A stretch of 40,503 bases of DNA, from IMG/VR virus record IMGVR_UViG_3300045988_128720; one strand, given 5' to 3'. Under the pieces are notes generated by a model. That model was not told the origin of the DNA and did no database searches. It saw only the letters and a list, made by a program, of their open reading frames with translations. The position numbers were made by a program, and so were the translations under genes. Position 1 is the stretch's first letter; every line of letters starts with the position of its first letter. The DNA comes from a virus. Shown here one piece after another: positions 20,440 to 29,700 of this stretch.

Positions 20440-20795
20440 TGGGAGTGGCACCGAGAGCCGCGAGCGGCGGGGAAGCGACACGGTTGGTATATATGTGTAG
20501 TTATTTATCGCAATTTTATCGGACAACTTTATACAACGATGCAAAATACGTCGAAGCTTTAACTTCGGAAATTGGCTGCACGGTTAAGAAAAAGGGGAAA
20601 GTCATTATTTTAAAGGGCGCATATGAGCAAAACAGCAACAAACAAAGTGCCATTTATCTGAATAATGCCGTGATAGCCGATGCGAGTTCCTTAACGCGAG
20701 TTGTGGGACCTATTGATGTATCCCCTGGAGATGTAATTAAAGTTACATTCTCTGCCGCAATTTCGTTGACCCTTGTGGTTGCTTTCGTTGACTAA
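20439..20795 (+). CDS. 118-aa hypothetical protein in a visibly AT-richer segment
   Basis: ORF track frame. ATG 20439 overlaps the uORF stop; an alternative ATG is at MCSYLSQ. Composition shifts near 20490. Confidence 0.55.
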   Translation: MGVAPRAASGGEATRLVYMCSYLSQFYRTTLYNDAKYVEALTSEIGCTVKKKGKVIILKGAYEQNSNKQSAIYLNNAVIADASSLTRVVGPIDVSPGDVIKVTFSAAISLTLVVAFVD

Positions 20796-20815
20796 TTTAT
20801 GCAAGGAGCTGACCT

Positions 20816-21127
20816 ATGAAAATCTACGATGAACTTACTGGCGCAGAACTGACCGCGCCGGATCTGGACGCGGGCTATCTCTACGACGGCCAGCGCGTGG
20901 TGCGGCATGTGCCGGAACACGATGAAATTTTAGAGGGAACCGATGGCTGGCGGCATCGCATCCCGGCCCACGATGAGTACGAAGCCTGCCAGTATTACCA
21001 CGCTTACACCGAGGCAGAGCTGGCCGAGCGGGACAAGCCCACAGCCGAGCAGCGCCTGGACGCGCTGGAATCCGCCAACGATGATATTATTTTGATGATG
21101 GCCGACCTGATCGGCGGGGAGGAGTAA
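20816..21127 (+). CDS. hypothetical tail-module protein (103 aa)
   Basis: AAGGAGCTGACCT RBS. ORF track entry. Confidence 0.65.
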   Translation: MKIYDELTGAELTAPDLDAGYLYDGQRVVRHVPEHDEILEGTDGWRHRIPAHDEYEACQYYHAYTEAELAERDKPTAEQRLDALESANDDIILMMADLIGGEE

Positions 21128-21130
21128 CCT

Positions 21131-21295
21131 ATGAAAACTTTGAACGCACTGAAACTTCGCATCATGACCCGCGCCTTTAAGATTCGCCTGGCAAACGGCG
21201 AGAACTTCGAGGATATCGCCGCCGACTACCCGGCTTTGACCGTTGACGACCTCGAAGCCATCAAGGCGGCGCTGGGCTTGACCGTAAGCGAGTAA
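21131..21295 (+). CDS. 54-aa XkdX-like small protein (not in ORF track)
   Basis: GGAGGAG lies before ATG 21131. Peptide MKTLNALKLRIMTRAFKIRLANGENFEDIAADYPALTVDDLEAIKAALGLTVSE. Confidence 0.55.
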   Translation: MKTLNALKLRIMTRAFKIRLANGENFEDIAADYPALTVDDLEAIKAALGLTVSE

Positions 21296-21331
21296 TGCCC
21301 GGCGCAGACTGAAAAACACGGGGGTGAACCG

Positions 21332-21664
21332 ATGTACAGAGGCACTACACCCACCGTCTCCCTGCTGGTGGACGGATGGACAGAGACCGCCGACCCGGAC
21401 AAAAGCAACGGCTATTTGTACACGCAGACGGCGACCATTACGCCAGTTGTGAGCGGTGCGCCCGCTGTAACGGCAAACAGCCGGTTTATGTCGCCCGCCT
21501 GGTACACGCCGACCCGCGTTGCGGCCACCGATGAAACGCTGGACGCCGCTTTAGCGTTCATCTGGGCTGGCGTTACGGAAAGCGGCGCGGGAACGGTTAC
21601 GACCGTTGTGACCGAGAAACCGAGCTGCGACATTACGGTCAGATGGAATCTGACTGCACAATAA
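21332..21664 (+). CDS. stand-alone paralogue of the tail-fibre C-terminal domain (110 aa)
   Basis: GYLYTQTATITPVVSGAPAVTANSRFMSPAWYTPTRVAATDETLDAALAFIWAGVTESGAGTVTTVVTEKPSCDITVRWNL aligns with fibre residues ~187-285. Confidence 0.7.
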   Translation: MYRGTTPTVSLLVDGWTETADPDKSNGYLYTQTATITPVVSGAPAVTANSRFMSPAWYTPTRVAATDETLDAALAFIWAGVTESGAGTVTTVVTEKPSCDITVRWNLTAQ

Positions 21665-21680
21665 GGAAGGAGAACAAACC

Positions 21681-22337
21681 ATGAGACTTTCAAACGGTGA
21701 AGTCCTGCTGCACTACCCGCTTGACCTGCACGTTTTAACGCAGGGCTGGTACTACAACAACGGCAGTCTGCACCAGGCTACTGACTGGCGCACGCAGAAC
21801 GGAACGGATTACAAGCGCCCGGTATACGCTGCCGAGGATGGCACGGTCGATCAAACGCAGGACTGGGACGGCCACACGAAAACCGGGATGCAGAGCTATG
21901 GCAACATGGTGCGCATCAAGCACGCACCATACAAGAGCATGACCTTGCAGACCCGGTACGCGCATCTTTCGAGATATTGCGTCAAGGTCGGGCAGAAGGT
22001 GAAAGAGGGCGAACTTATCGGCTATTCGGGCGTTACCGGGAATGTGTTCGGAGCGCATCTGCATTTTGAAGTCATCCTGAACGGCAAACGCACAAACCCG
22101 CTGACGTGGCTGGACAATGATTTCACGATGGCGACCGGGAAAGAGTACACCTTCCAGCCCGGCGAGCACAGCGTTGTTGTGCCGGACAAGCCCACCGAGA
22201 ATACGAGCCAAAGCAAGCTGCAAGTGATTACCATCGGCCCGGTATCACAGGGAGATGCAGACGCAATCTACTTGCTGTGCAAGGAACGTGGCCTGACGGA
22301 TGCCGGGCTGTACAAATCTGAATGGGCAGAGGTGTGA
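21681..22337 (+). CDS. M23 peptidase endolysin
   Basis: HQATD (HxxxD) and GAHLHFEV (HxH) motifs, plus YGNMVRIKH. Adjacent to the holin gene. Confidence 0.88.
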   Translation: MRLSNGEVLLHYPLDLHVLTQGWYYNNGSLHQATDWRTQNGTDYKRPVYAAEDGTVDQTQDWDGHTKTGMQSYGNMVRIKHAPYKSMTLQTRYAHLSRYCVKVGQKVKEGELIGYSGVTGNVFGAHLHFEVILNGKRTNPLTWLDNDFTMATGKEYTFQPGEHSVVVPDKPTENTSQSKLQVITIGPVSQGDADAIYLLCKERGLTDAGLYKSEWAEV

Positions 22338-22690
22338 TGCCGATGCAGCACGTATTTTCGTTTACACTTGCGGAAGCCTGGGCGTTTTTGATTTACGCGG
22401 CGGGCGCTGCTGCCGGACTGTATGCCGGGGGCGTGGCTATCAGCAAAGTAATCACCGCAGTAAAAAAGCCAAAGACCGACCAGGACGAACGCATTACACG
22501 GCTTGAAGCGCGGGTGAACGCTATGGAGGGCTTTTTGAAAAACGACAAATTGCGGCTTGACCGCATGGACGAGGGGCAGCATGTGACCATGCAGGCGCTG
22601 CTTGCCCTGCTTGACCACAACCTTGACGGAAACAACATTGATCAGATGCAGAAAGCAAAGGAAGCCTTGCAAAAGCATCTGATCGGCTGA
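22337..22690 (+). CDS. membrane-anchored coiled-coil protein (XhlA-like lysis accessory guess)
   Basis: TGATG coupling to the endolysin gene. TM helix AWAFLIYAAGAAAGLYAGGVAI followed by a coiled-coil segment. Confidence 0.6.
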   Translation: MPMQHVFSFTLAEAWAFLIYAAGAAAGLYAGGVAISKVITAVKKPKTDQDERITRLEARVNAMEGFLKNDKLRLDRMDEGQHVTMQALLALLDHNLDGNNIDQMQKAKEALQKHLIG

Positions 22691-22706
22691 AAGAAGGTGC
22701 ATATCT

Positions 22707-22901
22707 ATGGGCGATTTTATCAAGAATTTGGCAGCGCTTATCAAGGTAAAAACCATTGTGACGCTGGTTGTCGTTGCGGTTTTTGCGGTGATGGCGCTGC
22801 AAAGCAAATTACAGCCTGACACGGTCATGACCATTGTGACAATGGTCGTGGCCTTTTATTTTGGCACGCAGACCGAAAGCAAGAACAAGAAGGATGAGTA
22901 A
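22707..22901 (+). CDS. holin (64 aa, two TM helices, charged C-terminus)
   Basis: TIVTLVVVAVFAVMAL and VMTIVTMVVAFYFG, with an ESKNKKDE tail. Lies in the lysis cassette. Confidence 0.75.
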   Translation: MGDFIKNLAALIKVKTIVTLVVVAVFAVMALQSKLQPDTVMTIVTMVVAFYFGTQTESKNKKDE

Positions 22902-22913
22902 GGAGGCGCTTTT

Positions 22914-23735
22914 ATGCCGAAACCAGTAACAGGTTCTACGAAGGATTATTATGTGAAGCCTGGCACGACAACGGCCAACAAGTACGGCGGCAGCCGCAAC
23001 TATTCCACTGGCAGCAACAAATTCGCCAGCAGTAATGCAGGTAGAAACTCTAATGGCAGTGGCTACAGCAGTGGAAACCGATACACCGGCAGTTCCGGCA
23101 GTGCAGCCAGTACGCCAACAGCGGCGGCCGCAGCGCCTGCCGCGACCAACAGCGGTATGAGTGCTTGGCAGCAGGCACAGCAGGCCATTCTTGCCGCGCA
23201 GAATGCTGCCGCCGAACAGCTGCGTGCCGCGCAGGAAGCACAGCGGAAAGCCCGCGAAGAAGCATACCAGAAAGCCGCTGCGCAGCAGAAAGTAAATTAC
23301 GACTTTTCTGCCGGGCAGGTGAACGATGCGACCGGCAAAGCGTTGCAGGAAGCCTATGTAAACCGCATGCTGCAAAATAAGAATTTGCAGCAGAGCCTTA
23401 GTGCGCAGGGGCTGAACGGCGGCGCAAGCGAGACCACGACCGCCGGTATGTACAACAACTACAACAATGCCCGCAACAATTTGGAAACCGAGCGCCAGAG
23501 CCAGCTTGCGAACCTTTTGAACACCTATCAGAACAACATGGCACAGCTGGAACAGCAGAGAGCCAGCGGCGATGCGGCAGATTTGAGCCAGTACCAGACC
23601 GCTTTACAGAACCTGACAGCCGGGAACACGGCGAACCTTATCAGCCTGCTGCAAGGCTACGGCGATATGGCAAGCAGCGTGCCCGCCACGACCGCACGTT
23701 ATAATGCCCAGACCGGGCAGTGGGAATACGTTTAA
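22914..23735 (+). CDS. 273-aa low-complexity (S/G/N/Q/A-rich) protein; possible internal virion/ejection protein
   Basis: TAAGGAGG RBS. Position directly upstream of the giant ORF. Confidence 0.6.
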   Translation: MPKPVTGSTKDYYVKPGTTTANKYGGSRNYSTGSNKFASSNAGRNSNGSGYSSGNRYTGSSGSAASTPTAAAAAPAATNSGMSAWQQAQQAILAAQNAAAEQLRAAQEAQRKAREEAYQKAAAQQKVNYDFSAGQVNDATGKALQEAYVNRMLQNKNLQQSLSAQGLNGGASETTTAGMYNNYNNARNNLETERQSQLANLLNTYQNNMAQLEQQRASGDAADLSQYQTALQNLTAGNTANLISLLQGYGDMASSVPATTARYNAQTGQWEYV

Positions 23736-23741
23736 GACTAC

Positions 23742-23766
23742 GCCGCCCGCAATGGGCGGCTTTTTT
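23742..23766 (+). terminator. intrinsic terminator in front of the giant ORF
   Basis: 7-bp stem GCCGCCC / GGGCGGC, 5-nt loop, then six T. It is followed by an AAGGAGG RBS. Confidence 0.75.
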
Positions 23767-23785
23767 AGCATAAGGAGGACACCTG

Positions 23786-26700
23786 ATGGCTAAAATGAGA
23801 AGCCGCACCGAAGCGCTTGTAAATGCCTACCTGAACAATTACCAGAATGCAAACGCTACCACGGTTAGCGGCGGGCAGAGTGCGCAGCAAAGCGCCCAGA
23901 GCCGGGGCAGCGCCATTATGAACGCTACCGACAAAACGCTGCCAACACTGAAAGATTATAGCGCTGACGTGCTGAACGGCATTGTAAAGAGTGCCGACAA
24001 TGCGCAGAGCACCGCTATCAGCAATTTTAAGCTGGCAAAAAAGCAGATTGAAGCGGAGCAGAAAGCCGCGGAAAAAGCGGCGAAAGCAGCGGCGAAAAGT
24101 TCCGGGAGATCCAGCAGTAAAAAGTCCGGCAAAAGAAGCAGCAGTACGAGCAGCACAGACGATACCAGCGGCAGCAATACATCGCTGGATAGCTTATTTG
24201 GTAATGGGGAGAACACTTCCACCAGCAGCCAAAAAAGCAGCGGCGGAAATTACAGTAAGACCCGCACCAACGAAGAACGCAACGCCAGTGCCCGCGCCCG
24301 GTATGACGGCAGCAAGCAGGAGAAATCCGACATCAAGTATCGCGCGAAGCAGAAAGCAGAGCGAACTGCGCAGATGCTTAAAGACAAGCAAACTGCCGCA
24401 AATGCCGGAGCCAACAAGGGCAAGGCTGTTGGCAAGAGTTACGCCGAGCAAAAGAATGCCGGTAATACCGCCGCACAGCCTGCGCAGAGCCGCGCTGTGA
24501 CGCGGGGCGGGAAAGTTATCGGAAGCAGTTACGCCGCCGCAGGGAGCGCCCCCAGCGCGGCAGAGACGCAGGCCGCAAAGGACAAGCGCAACGACTACAA
24601 GAGCCGACAGGAGGACATTGCCGCTGCGCTGAAAAAATTGCAGACGGATGCCAGCTACCGGACGGAGCTGGCTGCCCCGGGGCGCAGGCTGACGAGCGCC
24701 GAAATCCAAGCTGTAAAGGAATATAACCAGAACCCCGGAGACCTGAACAAGCAGGTGCAGGCTGGCGAACTTTCGCTGGATGACTATAACAAACAGGGGC
24801 AGGAACTTGCCCGCATGAACCAAAAAGCCAGCCTGAACGGATTGGGGCAGGACATGCAGGCGTTTACATCCGGCCTGATGACATCTGTGCCATTTTTGAA
24901 ACAGGTGGACAGCGCTGTTAAAGATTATGGCAACAAAGCCACCAACGGGCAATACGGGAAAGCCCTTGAAAGCGGAGCTGTGGCAGATTTTTTGCCGATG
25001 CTGGAAAATTCTAAGGAACAAAACCGCATTGCTGCCGGTGCTGGCACAATGGTCGGCAAAGCGGCGCAGTACAATTTGTTTAATAACCTGATGGAAGGCA
25101 CGCCGCTGGCGGAGACGATGGGCAAGGTGGGCGGCAAGGTAGCGAGTGCGGCCAGCAAGGTGCCGGTACTGGGACGATTTGCCACGCCCGCCGCCGGTGA
25201 AGCGCTGGGGCGCATTTTGACCGACCAGACCGCCGATACCGCGCTGGATACCATCCCCAGCCTTGTGAACGATTTGCAGACCTACAATGACCAGCAGAAC
25301 CGCATAAAGAACGGGGAACAGGTGGACGATGCCCTGACACCCGGGCAGATCGGGCTGAACACGTTGGGCAATGTTGCGCAGAACTTTGCATTTAACGCTA
25401 TCCCGGAAGTGGGCGGCGCGGTGCTGAACCGGCTGAAAGGCACGGCAGGGGATGCCGCGCAGGATGCTTTGAAGCAGGCGGATGATGCCGCGCAGGATGT
25501 GCAGAAATCCGTACCGGCAAGAAACATTGTGCAGCCGGAAGCCAACGGCACAACCGGGCTTGCTGCGCAATTGCAGCAGATGAACACGCCAGACGCGGCC
25601 AATCGCAGCGCACTTGATACACTGGATGAGCTGCGCGGGCAGGTCAATTTGAACGGTGCGCAGGAAAAAGAAGCAGAACAGTTGCGCCGCGCCGTGTTGC
25701 AGCGCCAGCAGGAGATTGGCGATGAAGCTAAGCTTGCTTTGCAAAATTCGGACAGTTTGCCGATTGACGCGCAGGCTGCGAAAGCCTACAATGAAGTAAA
25801 CGGAGGTGTTGTAAATGACAACTTGGGAACAGGCGTTCGAGCAGACGTTCCCGTCAACGCTGACGCTGGCGCAAGCTATGAAGCGAAACCCGGAGGAAGT
25901 CGAAGCGGGGTTGCTGGACAAACTGGTGCAGCAGGGCTTGGTAGCGCCGCGAGTGGCAACGGAGCAGGAGTACAAGGAACTGCTGCAAAAAACGCTCAAA
26001 CGGTGGCTGAGTGGGCAAAATCAATAACCGGCAAGGGACGCCAGAGCGTTTATACCCGCCGTATTGAAAACTTACACAACGCCATGCAAAACGGTTCCAG
26101 CCGGGAAAGCCTGGCAGAAGAAGCAGCCAACATTGCGGCAGGGCTTGTAAAAGAAAGCGACTTTGCGGAACCGCTGGACGAAGCGACAAGCGCACTGCGC
26201 GAATATATGAAACGTACCCCCATCCGACTTGATGAAAAGGCGGCGGGGGATATTTTGTATACCAGCGGACTGAAAAATATCCAGCAGTACAACTTCCAGA
26301 ATGGCACCAAGTTTTCTATGACAGACGGTATTCCTTACGACACCGCTATGCAGGAGCTTGGTGAGATGGGCGTTGGCGTGAACGGTTCGTCAATAGACGA
26401 TTTACTGAAAGCTGTGGATGCCAGCAACGCCAAACCGCTTGTTGACAGCGACCGCGCGGCTGCCGTTGCGGACTATTACCGCGATTTTATCTTGGATGGC
26501 CCGAGCGACAGACAGCTTGGCGCAGATGATTTTGCGGATTGGCTGGATGTGCAATCCTTTAACCGAGACGCACCGGATTACGTACAGCGGCTTTTGGAGC
26601 GAGATAATTCAACCGCTATTGACGGCGTAGGCAATGCACGGTATAATGTAAATAATATTGGAGGTGCGCAGAATGGCACAGAAATTAACGTTGGAAGAAG

Positions 26701-29700
26701 TATTGAAGGAACTGAACCCGGCGGAACAGGAACAGGCTATCCTGATGTACAAGGAGCGTGGAGAAACGCCGACGGAAATCAAAGAGTTTTTCGACAGCCT
26801 GTAATGGACGATTCCCAGCGCCAAGCTGTTGAAAGCACAGGCGCTACTTGGGGCAATATTCAGGATACGACCTCAGACCCGCAGCGCTTTTCTAAAGCGT
26901 TGGATGAATCCATCGCGGCGAATAAGCACGGTTTGATGGTCTCGCCTAAATCGGTTGAAGAATTGCAGCAGCCCGGTACGATTACCTTTATGGGAGAAGA
27001 TGGGCTGAGCGGTGCACTGGTGACGGCGGACGGCGATATTGAAGCCGTATTTAAGAACCCAGCAAGCAAGACAAAACGTGCTAGTACGCAGCTGCTGATT
27101 ACGGCGGTTGAAAACGGCGGTAATAAACTGGACTGCTATGGCGCAGACCTGGTGAACACATACAACCGCTTTGGGTTTGAGCCTGTTGCAAAAGTTGAAT
27201 GGAACCCGGATTACGCACCGGATGGCTGGACTTACGGCCCTAAAGATGTGTATGTAATGAAGCTGCAAGATGGCGTGGATGCCGATAGCATTTTGCAGCG
27301 GCTTGGTAAGAGCGAAGCGGACGGTGGTTTCCACACCTATACCACCGCAGAACTTGATGCCTTGCCCACAATGGAATATGATGAGGCTCTCGCATATCGA
27401 GACAGCTTGCTGAAATCGCCCTCAGCTGATGCCGGGGGCGCTGATGCTTTACGGAGCGCAGCAAGCCCGCTGAACGGCAGCGAGAGTGTGCCGGAAAATG
27501 CCATTGGCGCGGCAAGTACGCAGTATAACAGGGCGGAAGTGCCGAACCAGGACTACGCCAACCAGCGTGCGATGGGCGGTAAAATTGATGCGGACGAAGC
27601 AGCGGCCGCTGGTATTGGCCAGCAGACCCATACCGTATACAGCCGGGCAGAAGGCAAAGACACCGCCAAACAGGATTTTGATTTGCTGGTGCAGCAGAAC
27701 GGCGATATTTTGAGCGCCGGGCGCACGGTTGCGGACGAATTGACCCGAAAATCTGCTGATGGAAATTTTGATGCCAGCGACGTATATCGCGGTTATTATG
27801 CCGCCGACCAGCTGCAAAACATGCTGAACAGCTACGAAAAAGGCAGCGCAGATGCACAGTTGGTGCAGGCACAAATCGAAAACCTGAACCGCGCTGTCAG
27901 CGCCGGGCAGAGCAAAAATGCCCAAGCATTGAGTGCGGGACGCTGGGCGCAAATCGACGAGTATACACCTATCCGCAAGTTTGAACAAATCACGCAAAGA
28001 AAAGTAAATGATTTTGCGAAAACGCGAGACGGCAAGCAACTGGAATATTTGGCAACAGATGTTGTAGAAATGGCGAAGTCCGGGCCGCAAGACGAAGAAT
28101 TTACCGCTTTTTTGAAGGCACAGGGCGTTGATGTAAGAGATAATCCGCTGAACGCACAGATGGATGACCTTGCAAAACGCATTAAAAGCATGGCTGACAC
28201 AAAAGGCATCAAGGCTACCGATGAGCAGGCAAAATCTGCTGCTGCCAGCATTTTTGCCGGAGGCAATGCAGATGATGTGTTTAATGCAATGGCGCGTAAA
28301 TCTCTCGGCATTGAGAATTTAAGCCAGGAAGATTACGACTATGTAAAAAACGCATTTGCCGAAATGGCCGATATGCCGGACAGTAAAGCACGCTACGAAA
28401 AGGAAATGGACGCATATAAGCGGCTTACCAAATATATGCCTGCCAAAACATTTGGCGACAAAATGGAAAGTATCCGCTATCTGTCTATGCTGGGAAATAC
28501 CAGAACCCACGCAAGAAACGTGCTTGGTAACGTATCGATGGGCGTTGTAACCCGCGCCAAAGACAATGTTTCCGGCGTGATGCAGCTTGCTTTGCCGAAA
28601 GACCAACGTACAAAAGCCGTTGGAACAACCCTTACGGCCGATGGCCGCAAGATGGTAGACCTTGCCAAAGAGTACGGGCAGAACAAAATGTATTCTGTTT
28701 TGTACAATGACGGTAAGTTCAATGCGGAAAGCGGGCTGCGTGCCGCGCAGGATACGTTTACAAGCAAACCCGGGAAGGTAATCCAGAAAGCGGCTGACAT
28801 CAACAGTGCTTTGCTGGAAAAAGAGGATAATATTTTCCTTTCTTCGGCGTTTGGCAATGCAATGGCAAGCCAGCTGAAAGCACGCGGTTATGACAGCAGC
28901 GTTTTTACCGCAACCGATGCCAAGAGCAAGCAGGCACTTGTGGATGCAGCTGCAACGGCTTTGCGCGATGCAAAGGAAGCCACGTTCCACGAAGACAATT
29001 TCCTTTCCACTGCACTGAAAAATTATCAGAATGATATTAAAGGGCACGGAGTCGGTGGAAAAATACTATGGGCGGTGGGCGAAGGTGTTCTGCCGTTCAA
29101 GAAAACCCCGCTGAACATTGCCAAAAACGCAATGGAATACAATATTGTAGGCGGCACAGTAGAAGCTGCTTATCGCTATGCCGCAGGTGCAAGCAGCGCA
29201 GATGTAATTGACGCTGCTGCCAAAGGCCTGACCGGCACGGCATTGATGGGCATTGGCGGTATCCTTGCTTATAATGGACTACTGAACGGCAGCAAGAGTG
29301 GAGATGACCGCGCCGATGCGTTTGATGAGATGACCGGCAAGCAGGAATATTCCATCAATATTCCCGGGAAAGGAACGTACACCATTGATTGGGCAAGCCC
29401 CGCAAGCGTACCACTTTTAATGGGGGCCGAGATCGCCAACGAATGGCAAAACGGCGGCCTTAGTGTTACGAAATTCCTTGATGCTGCACGAAAAATCGGG
29501 AATCCGATTCTGGATACCACAATGCTGCAAGGGCTGAATGATACGCTGGACAGCGTGAGCTATGCAGATTCCGACGACAAACTTGGCACGCTTATCACCG
29601 GAACGCTTGGCAGTTATGCACAGCAATATGTTCCAACCGCGCTTGGTCAAATTGCTAGAACCATTGACCCACTGCGCCGTTCCACCTATGGCGGCGGCGA

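Noticed and set aside
20042-21664. Diversity-generating retroelement (VR/TR pair) explanation for the duplicated fibre tip
   Set aside because: No reverse transcriptase gene is present anywhere in the genome. The two copies differ at all four bases and are only moderately similar at the nucleotide level, and both are translated frames.
24194-25999. 601-aa minus-strand ORF inside the giant gene. Similar long antisense ORFs occur at 5423-6238, 15223-15855, 16354-17181, 19469-20257, 27449-28090, 28319-29047, 30787-31497, 31774-32562 and 38481-39272.
   Set aside because: All are antisense shadows of stronger ORFs. They lack RBSs and have Arg/Cys/His/Gly-biased junk composition.
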